Of a stretch of DNA of 64,000 bases, positions 1-10,092 are shown piece by piece. The stretch covers positions 5,642-69,641 of the forward strand of contig CAYSAU010000010.1 in NCBI GenBank assembly GCA_964429135.1, given 5' to 3'. How positions within the stretch are numbered: position 1 is the stretch's first letter; every line of letters starts with the position of its first letter. Origin of the DNA: an uncultured Prolixibacteraceae bacterium. GTDB taxonomy: Bacteria; Bacteroidota; Bacteroidia; Bacteroidales; FEN-979. A model generated the notes under the pieces. It was not told the origin of the DNA and did not search any database. It was given only the letters and a program-made list of their open reading frames with translations. A program made the translations under genes and the position numbers.

Positions 1-552
1 TCATCAATGATTCAAAACCATCATCATAGATGGAATAAATAATTTTCGTATCTGCGAACAAAGGGTTATCCCGATATGCTTTTTTAATATAAATCGGCAC
101 CAGGCTGGTCATCCATCCATGACAATGAACAACATCAGGTCCCCATCCGAGTTTTTTTACAGTTTCCAGGACTCCCCTTGAATAAAAGATAACCCGTTCA
201 TCATTGTCGTTGAAAAAAGTATTGTTTTTATCACGAAATGTAAATTTCCGCTGAAAGTAATCCTCATTGTCAATAAAATAAATCTGCATACGGGCTTGCT
301 GTATAGAGGCTACTTTTATAATTAAAGGATGATCGGTATCGTCTATTATAAGGTTCATTCCTGATAAACGGATGACCTCATGCAGTTGATTCCGGCGTTC
401 ATTAATATTCCCGTATCTTGGCATAAAAGTCCGTATTTCCCTCCCTTTTTCCTGAATTCCCTGCGGAAGATACCTCCCGATAATCCCCATATGTGTTTCT
501 TCCAGATAAGGGGTGATCTCTTGCGTGACAAATAAAACTTTCGCTTTTTCCA
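1..552 (-). CDS. Glycogen/starch synthase-like glycosyltransferase, N-terminal part (CDS runs off the window edge)
   Basis: Manual reverse translation from the ATG at 552-550 gives MEKAKVLFVTQEITPYLEETHMG...FMPRYGNINERRNQLHEVIRLSGMNLIIDD...VHCHGWMTSLVPIYIKK. This matches the conserved N-terminal block of the short Bacteroidota glycogen synthase. The frame stays open to position 1. It is absent from the ORF track because it is truncated. Confidence 0.75.
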
Positions 553-920
553 TAAAGTTCTCTCGGTTTTATCCCTTTTTCAATTCCGCTGCAAAGATAC
601 TAAAAATTTTCCAGATAATTTCCAAGCAGATTTCGTAAATAAATGATTTTAATCTAATTAGATTTTTAAGAAAAAAAATATCAAAATTTTTTAGTTTTCT
701 CCTATTACCTTTTTCACCTGAACCGGATTAAGGAGAAAATTAAGTATAAACGGAAAAGGAGGTTAAGAAACTGCAGGATATATGGAAAAGGGGTAAGATA
801 AGTTTAGGACAAAAATTTGTTTTACCGGTAGTTCAGTTATACTCCCTCAATATATAACTCCCCGGATCTGGCTGCCGGTCAAATCAGCCGGTTTCAAAAA
901 TTTAAAAAAAATATAATCCC

Positions 921-1376
921 ATGAAAACAATCAGTAAAATATTCGCAATTTTTTTAAGTATGTTTCTGGCTTTTAATGTAATGGCCGTAAACACAACCCC
1001 TTGTGGCATCTTTAACATTCATGTCGTTATGTCTGCAAAATCCTATTGGGACGGGGCCAGCAAATCATGTTTACCCAGAGAAAAAGGTGGCTGCTGCCAT
1101 ATCTGGTTCGACAGGGCCATTGGTCCAGGACAGATGGGAGGCAATCTTGAAATGGATGCCAATTTATTGTTCACCTTTACCACTTCGAAATCCAAAGGCA
1201 TGCAACCTGAAACCTTTGATCAGTTATTCAGAGGAGGGAAATTCATTCTTGACGGCCCTTTGACATTTTCACAAGAAGTTCTTTCAAAACTTGGCCTGAA
1301 AAATGATTTTACCATTCCTGGAGGAGCTTACCCCTGTTCCTTCAATGGAGATGATATTATCATTACCTTTAAATAA
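921..1376 (+). CDS. Hypothetical secreted Cys-containing protein
   Basis: Complete ATG..TAA ORF with an N-terminal signal peptide (MKTISKIFAIFLSMFLAFNVMA) and several Cys residues. No family recognised. A GC hairpin follows it. Confidence 0.5.
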   Translation: MKTISKIFAIFLSMFLAFNVMAVNTTPCGIFNIHVVMSAKSYWDGASKSCLPREKGGCCHIWFDRAIGPGQMGGNLEMDANLLFTFTTSKSKGMQPETFDQLFRGGKFILDGPLTFSQEVLSKLGLKNDFTIPGGAYPCSFNGDDIIITFK

Positions 1377-1388
1377 AATTTTCTGGGT

Positions 1389-1412
1389 GCCGGGGGCATC
1401 CCCGGCATCTTA
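1389..1412 (+). terminator. Putative intrinsic terminator
   Basis: A perfect 7-bp GC stem, GCCGGGG-GCAT-CCCCGGC, lies 12 nt after the stop of 921..1376 and is followed by a T-containing tail. Confidence 0.4.
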
Positions 1413-1435
1413 TTGATCACAATAAATAGGATAAT

Positions 1436-2044
1436 ATGAAATTAGCAAAAGGATTTTTAATCGTCTTGATTGTTTCTTTGACTTCTTGTATGACATTGGT
1501 AAAATGGAAATACGGGATCACTGGCCCTAAAGAAGAAACCCCGGTCAGCCTGTTGAAATTCTTGCAAAAAATGAATAAATCTCCGGATAATGTGTGTCTT
1601 TTCAGGGACTCCTCTTCTTTTTTCAGGGCCATGAATGATTCCCTTTTTAGGAAAAACCTGCTGGGTTCAATGGTTTTCAGTCCCACGGGTTTTTTACTTG
1701 ATGTAAAGGACACTTCCAAGTGCCAATGGTCGGTGGCTTCTTTGATTCATGCCCTGGGAACAGATAAAGAATATGTTGCTGATACCTCTTATCGCTTTGA
1801 AGAATTTAGTAAGGGATTGGTTTTTTTGAGCGGGAGTAAATTCCCGGATTCTTTTTCTATTCAATTTGATTATATCGTGGTGATTACCTGGGGAAAATTT
1901 GCCGGGAAATTAAACCAACGGCTATTTGATGCTGAAAAAATAGAAACCGGAGACTTCACGAAAAAGATAAAACTGATATTTCTTAATTTCGATATGCAAA
2001 AAAGTTGGAACCTGACGAAAAAACAAAAACTTATCCTCAGATAA
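1436..2044 (+). CDS. Hypothetical lipoprotein
   Basis: Lipobox-like N-terminus (LIVLIVSLTSC). No family recognised. A single CQWS motif could be a degenerate thioredoxin-like CxxS, but this is weak. Confidence 0.5.
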   Translation: MKLAKGFLIVLIVSLTSCMTLVKWKYGITGPKEETPVSLLKFLQKMNKSPDNVCLFRDSSSFFRAMNDSLFRKNLLGSMVFSPTGFLLDVKDTSKCQWSVASLIHALGTDKEYVADTSYRFEEFSKGLVFLSGSKFPDSFSIQFDYIVVITWGKFAGKLNQRLFDAEKIETGDFTKKIKLIFLNFDMQKSWNLTKKQKLILR

Positions 2045-2108
2045 TCTGTTCCTTTCATTATTATTCAGCCTAATCTCCTTTCCATGATAATTTTTAAACC
2101 ATTGAATT

Positions 2109-3047
2109 TTGCGGCAATCTGGTATTCTATTGGGATTGGCGGTCGTTTTTCTGACTGGTTTTACCTTGAAAGGGCAGGAGATTTTTTGGAAAGACAGTTT
2201 AAAGCTTTGCCGTATCGAAAATGTTATTTCTCCTGGTCATTCTTTGTTGCAATGGAGATATATACAGCGACTGGAATATTCACTCAGCCTGTCTGATTTT
2301 GTTCAAATCAACCGCCTGAATACCGAAAATTCAAATCAACTTTCATTGTTACAAAGTTTCAGGATACAATCGGTTCTGGAGCGACAGGAAAGGATGACAT
2401 TTAGCAATCAATTCAACCATACCCTTGGCATTCAAATAATTTTTGATAGTATCACTAGGTTTCAATTTGATGAAAACACGGTAGATACACGTTTAGATAT
2501 GAAAATCCACCGGAATTTCTGCAGTTCCCTAACCTCTTTACTGACAACCCGGTTTTTCAATGATTACCGTTATCATGTCAACGACAGTGGGGTGCTGTTG
2601 AAAACGCTTCAATCCGGTTTTCTTACACCCCTGGTTTGGACACTTTCGGCAGGTTTTTGCTGGAATTGGAAAGGAATTATAAATTTAAATTTTGGACTGA
2701 GCTCCGCACGATTGACCTATGTCAGGGATAAGCGTGTTTATTCCGAACAGGAAACAGAATTATACAGAGGAGTCCGAAAAGAAAAATCCACCCTTTTTGA
2801 ATATGGTTTTTCTCTGCGACTGCTGATCGACAAATCCTTCAAAGAAAAAATATTCTGGAAATGTGAAGTTCTGCTATTTAAAAACACAGATAAACCGATT
2901 GATGTTTCGGTTAAAAGCAATCTGGATATCAAACTGCTCAGATTTGTGAATACGAACATTCAGACACGGTTGTTCTTTGACCCCACACAAAATCGACATT
3001 TACAAATGGAAAACATGATCTCCTTTGGATTTAATTTACGCCTTTAA
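2109..3047 (+). CDS. Putative outer-membrane beta-barrel protein (DUF3078-like, from memory)
   Basis: Signal-like N-terminus, alternating strand-like composition, and a C-terminal ...ISFGFNLRL. The first in-frame start after a stop is TTG at 2109. An ATG at 2084 is in another frame, so the start is uncertain. Confidence 0.45.
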   Translation: MRQSGILLGLAVVFLTGFTLKGQEIFWKDSLKLCRIENVISPGHSLLQWRYIQRLEYSLSLSDFVQINRLNTENSNQLSLLQSFRIQSVLERQERMTFSNQFNHTLGIQIIFDSITRFQFDENTVDTRLDMKIHRNFCSSLTSLLTTRFFNDYRYHVNDSGVLLKTLQSGFLTPLVWTLSAGFCWNWKGIINLNFGLSSARLTYVRDKRVYSEQETELYRGVRKEKSTLFEYGFSLRLLIDKSFKEKIFWKCEVLLFKNTDKPIDVSVKSNLDIKLLRFVNTNIQTRLFFDPTQNRHLQMENMISFGFNLRL

Positions 3048-3124
3048 CTGTGAAACAATTCACAGCACAGTCATGTTTTGATTTGGTAAAAAGCCTAATT
3101 TTGCAGAACCAAACTCATCATGCT

Positions 3125-6100
3125 ATGTATAAGATCACGAAGCACCCTATTTTAGACATTCAGGAATCTCACAAAATCACTTTTTTGTTTGAAGGCAAGG
3201 AAGTCACTGGCGACAAGGGATTCACCATTGCTGCAGCATTGCATCAGGCCGGATATCCTGTCCATTCTCACAGCTTGAGTAACCGGGAACGAAGCCTTGA
3301 ATGTGGCATCGGGAAATGTGGTGCTTGTGAAATGCTGGTGGATGGTCAGATAAAACGGATCTGTATAACTACCATTGATCATGTCAGGGAAGTCAGGGAA
3401 ATCCCCAGGGATTACCAGCCACATCCTATAACGGTTAAAAAGGATGAGCCCGTCAATGTTTATAGAACGACAGTCGCCATTATAGGAGCCGGACCTGCTG
3501 GTCTTGCTGCCCGTGAGGAATTGAATAAACACGGCATTTTAAATCTTGTTATCGATAATAATGATAAAATCGGCGGACAGTTTTTGATGCAGACCCATCA
3601 GTTTTTCTTTTTTGAAAAGGAAAAGAAATTTGGCGGAATGAGGGGATTTGATATCGCAAAAACCCTTGCCGGAGATGATCATTCAGGAATTTTTCTAAAT
3701 TCTACCGTATGGGATATTCTGGAAGGCAACCGTATTGCCGTGAAAAATATCCGAACGGATGAAATATATTACGTGGACAGTGAATATCTTATTGTGGCCA
3801 CGGGAGCTGTGCCATTTATGCCCACTTTTGAGAATGATGATCTCCCCGGCGTTTATACCGCTGCCGTGGTGCAGAAAATGATGAATAACGAGTTAACCCT
3901 GCTCGGTAAAAACGTTTTAACTGTTGGTGCAGGGAATATCGGATACCTCACTTCCTATCAATTGATGCAGGCCGGTGCCAGGGTTAAGGCCATACTTGAG
4001 GCTCAAGCTTTTGAAGGTGGATTTCCGGTTCAGGCCAACAGGGTCAGAAGGCTGGGAATTCCCGTTCTTACATCGCATATCCTTCTGAAAGCCATTCCCA
4101 ACGAGAACCATGACGGAATTATTGGAGCGGTAGTAGCTGAATGTAAAAACTTTAAACCGGTTCCTGGAACAGAAAAAATCATTGCAGGAATAGATGCAAT
4201 TAATATCTGTACTGGTCTGGTTTGCGATGATCAGTTAATGATCAAAGGAAATGAGATTTTCGGAAGAAAATGTTTTGGTGCAGGTGATTCGATTCGGATC
4301 GGGGAGGGTACCAGTGCGGTACTTCGGGGAAAGCAGGTGGCTTTCGAAATCCTTCAGGAAATGGGTGAACAATTCGACTATGATGAATATCTTTCCTTAT
4401 CGAAAGAATATATTGATTCGCAACAGCATCCCTTAAGGGTCATTGAAAAAGCATTTCAGCCGGATCAGAACCGGATGGCAGAAAAAGGGTTTGTTCTTAT
4501 CGATTGCCTTTATGGATTTGCCTGCAACCCCTGTGCTTTTGCCTGTCCTCATGGAGCCATTACCAAATCTTCAACCAGTACCGTACCAGAGATTGATTTT
4601 GACCTCTGTATCGGTTGCATGGATTGTGTATATCAGTGTCCGGGACTGGCTATATTTGGGTATAACCTTAAAAAAGACTGGCTATTTCTGCCTATCGAAT
4701 ATGAAGTGGAAGAAAAAGCTAAATGTTTTCTGGTGGATAATTTTGGTAACAAGGTAGGCGAAGGTATCGTTGAAAAAGTACTTCGTAAACCCAATAAAAC
4801 TCATATTGCACGAGTAAAATCCCTTGATCTTCATGGGGAAGCTTTGACTACAGTGCGTGGATTCATCGCCAAAGAGAAATATCCGGAGGCGCTGACATTC
4901 TTACCCTATTCTTATGAAGCAAAAGAAGATACTTATGTGTGTCATTGTGATGATGTGACTCTGGATGAAATCCTGGAAACCATTGGTGAGCGGAAGTTTA
5001 TTTCCGTGGATGAGGTTAAGCATACTACCCGTTTGGGTATGGGTGCCTGTCGGGGGAAGCGTTGCATTAAAAGGTTGAAACAGACCCTGTCGGGCAGCGG
5101 TATTTCGATTGTAGGAGAACCTACTCCAAGAGGTCCGCTTTCGAATCAGGTCGCTATGGGAGAATTGTACCCGCGAACAGTTCATGAAAATGTGATCACC
5201 AGTGTAAGCGGTAAAGCAGTAGAAAAAATAAATGTAAAATCTTTAGTATGTGGAGGTGGAATAGGAGGAAGTGCATTATTTCGTTACCTTTCTGAAGCCG
5301 GTATGGCCCCCTTGCTGATTAATTATGGCCGCGGTGCTTCCTGGCGTAATATTGCCGGCGGACGTCCCAATTTCTCCTTGCCGGAATTATCGGATATTGC
5401 AATCCATAACCATGAAATTTTCAAGGATCTGCAAAAAATTCACAACATTGATTACTGTCCGATTTTGTATGTGACTTTTGCCCATGATGAAAACATGCTC
5501 AAAGCCCTGGAAGATTCAATGTCATGGTCGGATGCTTATATGGTCAAGCCAAAAGATTTCCGAAAGGAGATTTCTCCTTTTCTCAATCCCGGCCTGAAGA
5601 ACTATTTGTCAGCCCTGGTTACCCGGGATTGTTGGCAGGCTACCCCCGGCCGAGTGATTGATCTTATCCGGCGAATCGGTATTGAAAATGGCGGAAAGGT
5701 AGCAGAAGATTGTCAATTAATTGATGTTAAAAGGATAAATGGCCGGTTTTTTGTGTTGGTCCAGAATCATGAAAAAAGATTTATTGAATATGAAACAGAA
5801 ATTTTCATCAATGCTCTGGGGCCGGAAGGCGAAAAATTTTCAAGAGCACTTGGCCTTGAAACGGGATTATATCCAGTAAAGCACCAGGCTTTTATCACCC
5901 GCAGGCTTCCCATGATGGGAAAAGACGGATCTCCGCTTCCCATGCTGATCGACCGCAGGCGTTATAAAGGATTTTCAGCCGTTTATGGTCAGCAGTTAGC
6001 TGAAACGGGGCAGATTATCGGATGTGCATCCCCAGCAGTAGAACCGATGGAAGCGGAGAAAAATATCAAGGTCAACTCAAAAGATTTTGTAGAGATCGCA

Positions 6101-6358
6101 TCTGAAATCTTTACCAATTGGATCCCGAATCTCTCATCCGTTGGATTCCAGGCTATCTGGGCAGGATACTATGTTGAACCCCGTATGGTCATTGATCCGG
6201 AACTGGGTTTGTTCCTTGGGTTACGCGGACAGGGGTTCATGCTTGGTCAGTACCTGGCAAAGATGTATGTGGATAAACTTCTTGGGAGATCAGTTCCTTC
6301 TTACTTTGATCGCTTGAAAATTACAGGCGACGGGATGCTGGAAAAAGCGTTTAAATAA
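3125..6358 (+). CDS. Fused multi-domain flavo-iron-sulfur oxidoreductase: 2Fe-2S + FAD/NAD(P) disulfide-reductase fold + 2x[4Fe-4S] ferredoxin + BFD-like 2Fe-2S + DAO-type FAD oxidase (HcnA/B/C-, opine oxidase- or archaeal proline dehydrogenase-like)
   Basis: Motifs appear in this order: ECGIGKCGACEM (about nt 3300), VAIIGAGPAGLAA (about 3480), CNPCAFACPHG and CIGCMDCVYQCP (about 4520-4650), CHCDDVT...GACRGKRC (about 4940-5070), VCGGGIGGSAL (about 5250). The track starts at GTG 3050. I prefer the ATG at 3125 (MYKITKHPILD). Confidence 0.8.
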   Translation: MYKITKHPILDIQESHKITFLFEGKEVTGDKGFTIAAALHQAGYPVHSHSLSNRERSLECGIGKCGACEMLVDGQIKRICITTIDHVREVREIPRDYQPHPITVKKDEPVNVYRTTVAIIGAGPAGLAAREELNKHGILNLVIDNNDKIGGQFLMQTHQFFFFEKEKKFGGMRGFDIAKTLAGDDHSGIFLNSTVWDILEGNRIAVKNIRTDEIYYVDSEYLIVATGAVPFMPTFENDDLPGVYTAAVVQKMMNNELTLLGKNVLTVGAGNIGYLTSYQLMQAGARVKAILEAQAFEGGFPVQANRVRRLGIPVLTSHILLKAIPNENHDGIIGAVVAECKNFKPVPGTEKIIAGIDAINICTGLVCDDQLMIKGNEIFGRKCFGAGDSIRIGEGTSAVLRGKQVAFEILQEMGEQFDYDEYLSLSKEYIDSQQHPLRVIEKAFQPDQNRMAEKGFVLIDCLYGFACNPCAFACPHGAITKSSTSTVPEIDFDLCIGCMDCVYQCPGLAIFGYNLKKDWLFLPIEYEVEEKAKCFLVDNFGNKVGEGIVEKVLRKPNKTHIARVKSLDLHGEALTTVRGFIAKEKYPEALTFLPYSYEAKEDTYVCHCDDVTLDEILETIGERKFISVDEVKHTTRLGMGACRGKRCIKRLKQTLSGSGISIVGEPTPRGPLSNQVAMGELYPRTVHENVITSVSGKAVEKINVKSLVCGGGIGGSALFRYLSEAGMAPLLINYGRGASWRNIAGGRPNFSLPELSDIAIHNHEIFKDLQKIHNIDYCPILYVTFAHDENMLKALEDSMSWSDAYMVKPKDFRKEISPFLNPGLKNYLSALVTRDCWQATPGRVIDLIRRIGIENGGKVAEDCQLIDVKRINGRFFVLVQNHEKRFIEYETEIFINALGPEGEKFSRALGLETGLYPVKHQAFITRRLPMMGKDGSPLPMLIDRRRYKGFSAVYGQQLAETGQIIGCASPAVEPMEAEKNIKVNSKDFVEIASEIFTNWIPNLSSVGFQAIWAGYYVEPRMVIDPELGLFLGLRGQGFMLGQYLAKMYVDKLLGRSVPSYFDRLKITGDGMLEKAFK

Positions 6359-6361
6359 TCT

Positions 6362-7273
6362 TTATCCCCGGATAAAGATAGCCTTAATAATATGACTTGC
6401 CATTTTTGGGTTTTCTTTCAGTCGCCGGGTGGAATAACCAAACCATTCTTTCCCGTAAGGGACATATACCCGCATGGGATGGCCTTGATGGACAATTGAC
6501 TTTCTCAATTCCGGAGTCACTCCATAGAGCATCTGAAATTCATATTTATCTTTCTGAACATGATATTTTTCAATCAGGTGGCATGCCCCATTGACCAGAG
6601 GTTTATCATGGGTGGCGATGGCGGGATAGATGCCGTTTCTAAACATGAATTCAAGGTCCTCGAGATAGTGTTCATTGATTTCCTGATACTCCTTAAAGGC
6701 AATGGCCTCCGGCTCTATATAAATACCTTTACAAAGCCTGAGATTCAAAGGCACCGCTTCGTTATGAAGATCCATCAGGTTTTTCAGGTCATCCAGGGTA
6801 CGCTTCAGGTAAGCCTGGAGGACTAAGCCGACATGAGCAGGAAACTCCTTTTTTAACCTTCGGAATAAAGCGATTTCCTTATCGGTACACTGAGCATCCT
6901 CCATGTCGATCCTGATAAAATTATTTTTTTCTGCTGCTTTTTGAACGATTTCGCGGATGTTGCTGTAACAGACCTCCTCATCGAGGAGTAATCCGAACAT
7001 TGTCGGTTTCAGGGAGTAGTTGCCAATCAGTTTTTCCTTATCTATTCGATCGATGAGGTTCAGGTAAGCATCTTTGTTTTTTTCAGCTTCATCGAGCCGG
7101 GTAATGAATTCTCCTAATAAATCGAGGGTGAATCTAATCCCCTTTTCATTCAGATCCCGGCAAACCATGATCGCCTCCTCAATGGTTTCTCCGGCGATAT
7201 ATTTTTTCGAGAAGATCCATACCAGTTTTTTAGGCAAAAAAGGAAGAAGAAGGGTGATGAGTCGATTAAACAT
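6362..7273 (-). CDS. Proline dehydrogenase (monofunctional PRODH family)
   Basis: 303 aa. The C-terminal block VYVPYGKEWFGYSTRRLKENP matches the conserved PutA/PRODH C-terminal motif, and the preceding pattern looks like a TIM barrel. Confidence 0.8.
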   Translation of the reverse strand: MFNRLITLLLPFLPKKLVWIFSKKYIAGETIEEAIMVCRDLNEKGIRFTLDLLGEFITRLDEAEKNKDAYLNLIDRIDKEKLIGNYSLKPTMFGLLLDEEVCYSNIREIVQKAAEKNNFIRIDMEDAQCTDKEIALFRRLKKEFPAHVGLVLQAYLKRTLDDLKNLMDLHNEAVPLNLRLCKGIYIEPEAIAFKEYQEINEHYLEDLEFMFRNGIYPAIATHDKPLVNGACHLIEKYHVQKDKYEFQMLYGVTPELRKSIVHQGHPMRVYVPYGKEWFGYSTRRLKENPKMASHIIKAIFIRG

Positions 7274-7330
7274 AAGTCAGTGTTTTTGATTTGAATAAGC
7301 CTGATGCAAAGGTAATACATCGAATAATTA

Positions 7331-7362
7331 TTTGTGATTCATCAGATTAATTTTTAACTTTG
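7331..7362 (+). promoter_or_regulatory. Bacteroidota sigma-A type promoter (-33 TTTG / -7 TAACTTTG)
   Basis: TTTG at 7331-7334 and TAACTTTG at 7355-7362, 20 nt apart. This matches the published Bacteroides consensus TTTG...TAnnTTTG and lies upstream of yceD-rpmF-plsX-fabH. Confidence 0.5.
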
Positions 7363-7380
7363 CGGGCTTTTTCAAGGAAA

Positions 7381-7902
7381 TTGAATCATCTGGAACAATA
7401 TATTATTCCTTTTGGGGGATTGAAACCCGGACATCATGCATTTGATTTCGTGGTCGATAATGTGTTCTTTGATCAGTTTGAACATTCTGAAATAAAGTCA
7501 GGTACTGTTGCTGTTCATCTTGATATGGAAAGGGAGGAAAGGATGATGGTTCTTGATTTTTCCATCTTTGGTAAAGTAACCTTACCTTGCGATCGTTGCC
7601 TTGAGCCGGTGAGTATTGCAGTTGAGGGAAAGGAAAAGTTGGTCGTGAAACTGGGCGATCATTATGAAGAGGAAAGTGAATTGGTGGTGATCATTCCTGA
7701 GGATGACAAATTGTTGGATATCAGTTCTTATCTTTACGAATACTTACATTTACTTTTACCCTTAAAAAGGGTTCATCCTGATGATGAAAACGGTAAGAGC
7801 CTGTGTAATCCTGAAGTGATGGAAAAACTGAAAGCATTAGCGGAACAGCATGTCCCAGATCCACGTTGGGAAGCGCTGAAACAATTGAAACACAATTCAT
7901 AA
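7381..7902 (+). CDS. yceD: YceD/DUF177 family protein (23S rRNA accumulation / ribosomal-cluster protein)
   Basis: Sits immediately upstream of rpmF, the conserved position. It has the CDRCLEP Cys motif and acidic middle region typical of DUF177. The track start at 7360 overlaps the predicted -7 box, so TTG 7381 (MNHLEQYIIPF) is preferred. The start remains uncertain. Confidence 0.7.
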   Translation: MNHLEQYIIPFGGLKPGHHAFDFVVDNVFFDQFEHSEIKSGTVAVHLDMEREERMMVLDFSIFGKVTLPCDRCLEPVSIAVEGKEKLVVKLGDHYEEESELVVIIPEDDKLLDISSYLYEYLHLLLPLKRVHPDDENGKSLCNPEVMEKLKALAEQHVPDPRWEALKQLKHNS

Positions 7903-7926
7903 TTATTAATTTTTAATTGAAATAAA

Positions 7927-8112
7927 ATGCCACATCCTAAACGAAAAATTTCAACAACCCGCAGAGATAAAAGAAGGACTCACGACAAAGCCATAGCTCC
8001 CACGGTATCCCTTTGTTCCCATTGCGGCGCTCCGGTATTGTATCACAGGGTATGCCCGGCTTGTGGTTATTACAAGGGTAAGCAAGCCATTGAGAAAGCT
8101 GCTGCAGAATAA
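7927..8112 (+). CDS. rpmF: 50S ribosomal protein L32
   Basis: MPHPKRKISTTRRDKRRTHDK N-terminus plus the CxxC...CxxC zinc ribbon; 61 aa. Confidence 0.95.
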   Translation: MPHPKRKISTTRRDKRRTHDKAIAPTVSLCSHCGAPVLYHRVCPACGYYKGKQAIEKAAAE

Positions 8113-8136
8113 ATTTGTTTCACGAAATTTTTTGTG

Positions 8137-9096
8137 ATGAAAATTGGTTTAGATGTCCTGGGAGGTGATTTTGCGCCAAAGGCTACTTTACATGGAGCCA
8201 TCATGGCCAGGAAAGAACTTCCGGAATCCGATACCATTGTCTTGATCGGTGATAAGGAAATAATCTTGACTTTTCTAAAGGAAGAAAGGGTAAGTCCTGA
8301 TAAATTTGAGATTGTGGACGCCCCGGATCTAATCGAAATGGATGAACAGCCCACCAAGGCTTTAATCAATAAACCAAATTCAAGTATCTCTGTGGGATTT
8401 CGTATGCTTAAGCATAAAGAAATCCATGCTTTTACCAGCGCGGGAAGCAGCGGAGCCATGATGGTCGGTTCCATCTACAGTGTAAACACCATCCAGGGCA
8501 TCATACGGCCAAGTTCTCCTGCTTATATTCCTAAAGAAGGAGGAGGATCAACCATTTTGATCGATGTAGGGACTAACCCCGATGCCAAACCTGATGTAAT
8601 GTATCAGTTTGGATTATTAGGATCAATTTTTGCCGAACATGTCTTTCATGTGAAAAATCCCAGAGTGGGGTTATTGAATATTGGCTCTGAAGAGAAAAAA
8701 GGGAGTCTTACTACCCAGTCAGCATTCCAGTTGATGAAGGAGTCCAAGGACTATAATTTTGTTGGCAATGTTGAAGGGAGAGAGCTTTTTCGTGACAATG
8801 TTGATGTTATTGTTTGTGATGGTTTTGTCGGTAATATTGTACTGAAACAGGTGGAAGCCATGTATCGCGTCCTAGTTAAACGCGGGATCAAGGATTCATA
8901 CCTGGATCGTTTTAATTACGAGACTTATGGCGGGACACCTGTCCTCGGAGTCAATGCCACAGTAATCGTTGGTCATGGCATTTCCAATAGTAATGCGATC
9001 CGTAGGATGATTTTACTGGCCAAAGAGGTTCATGAAGCAAAACTTTCTCAACGCATTAAACATGCCCTTGAGCGTTATTCAATCAATCACAGATAA
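8137..9096 (+). CDS. plsX: Phosphate acyltransferase PlsX
   Basis: MKIGLDVLGGDFAP N-terminus and the GNVEGRELF and CDGFVGNI blocks. Conserved rpmF-plsX-fabH order. ATG at 8137 (GTG 8134 in the track). Confidence 0.92.
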   Translation: MKIGLDVLGGDFAPKATLHGAIMARKELPESDTIVLIGDKEIILTFLKEERVSPDKFEIVDAPDLIEMDEQPTKALINKPNSSISVGFRMLKHKEIHAFTSAGSSGAMMVGSIYSVNTIQGIIRPSSPAYIPKEGGGSTILIDVGTNPDAKPDVMYQFGLLGSIFAEHVFHVKNPRVGLLNIGSEEKKGSLTTQSAFQLMKESKDYNFVGNVEGRELFRDNVDVIVCDGFVGNIVLKQVEAMYRVLVKRGIKDSYLDRFNYETYGGTPVLGVNATVIVGHGISNSNAIRRMILLAKEVHEAKLSQRIKHALERYSINHR

Positions 9097-9102
9097 ATTA
9101 TC

Positions 9103-10092
9103 ATGACAACGCTGAGAGCCAAAATTTCCGGTCTTCATGCTTGGGTTCCTCCGTATATCCTTACCAATCAGGAGTTGGAAACCATGGTGGAAACTTCGGA
9201 TGAATGGATCATTAGTCGTACCGGAATCAGGGAACGGCATATTTTAAAAGGCGAAGGCCTTGGAACTTCCGATATGGCTGCCGAAGCCGTGAAGGGTTTG
9301 CTGGAAAAGACAGGAACATCTCCCGATGATATCCAGCTTGTGATCTGCGCTACAGTCACCCCTGACATGATGTTCCCGGCAACTGCGAATATTATCAGCG
9401 ATAAGGTGGGAATTAAAAACGCTTTTAGTTTCGACATCAATGCTGCCTGTTCCGGTCTGCTTTTCGCTTTGATTACTGCTTCAAAATATGTGGAATCAGG
9501 ATTATTCCAGAAAGTGATCGTGGTGGGGGCAGATAAAATGTCTTCCATTACCGATTATACGAATCGGGAGACCTGTGTGCTTTTTGGTGACGGAGCTGGA
9601 GCTTTTCTACTGGAGCCGACTACTGAGGAACTGGGCATCATGGACGCTATGGCCGGAACTGACGGATCGGGAAGAATACATTTGCACATGAAAGCAGGGG
9701 GCTCTGTGAAACCGCCTACCCATGAGACTGTCGAGGCCAAAGAACATTTTATCTACCAGGAGGGGCAACCGGTTTTCAAATTTGCGGTTACACGCATGGC
9801 CGATATTTCTGCAGAGATCATGGAGAGAAATAATTTAACAGCAGACGATATTGCTTTTCTTGTTCCTCACCAGGCCAATCTTCGTATTATTGATGCCACC
9901 GCCCGCCGCATGGGCCTAGAGAAAGAAAAGGTGATGATCAACATCGACAGATACGGGAATACCACAGATGCTACCATTCCATTGTGTTTATGGGAATGGG
10001 AAAGCAAACTAAAAAAAGGAGATAACATCATCCTTGCTGCTTTCGGCGGAGGATTCACTTGGGGTAGTGTGTGGGTGAAGTGGGCGTATTAG
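9103..10092 (+). CDS. fabH: Beta-ketoacyl-ACP synthase III
   Basis: SDEWIISRTGIRERH, the active-site block NAACSGLLFAL, HQANLRII and GGGFTWGS are all present. Confidence 0.93.
   Translation: MTTLRAKISGLHAWVPPYILTNQELETMVETSDEWIISRTGIRERHILKGEGLGTSDMAAEAVKGLLEKTGTSPDDIQLVICATVTPDMMFPATANIISDKVGIKNAFSFDINAACSGLLFALITASKYVESGLFQKVIVVGADKMSSITDYTNRETCVLFGDGAGAFLLEPTTEELGIMDAMAGTDGSGRIHLHMKAGGSVKPPTHETVEAKEHFIYQEGQPVFKFAVTRMADISAEIMERNNLTADDIAFLVPHQANLRIIDATARRMGLEKEKVMINIDRYGNTTDATIPLCLWEWESKLKKGDNIILAAFGGGFTWGSVWVKWAY

Noticed and set aside
2084-2296. ATG-initiated 70-aa ORF overlapping the start of the OM barrel gene in another frame (possible frameshift)
   Set aside because: The frame starting at 2109 gives a signal-peptide-like N-terminus directly from TTG. 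There is no positive evidence for a frameshift, so it is noted only as start-codon uncertainty.
3050-3124. GTG-initiated extension of the fused oxidoreductase
   Set aside because: The GTG lies 2 nt after the preceding gene's stop, and the extra 25 aa carry no motif. ATG 3125 (MYKITKHP) is a more plausible start, but this is not proven.
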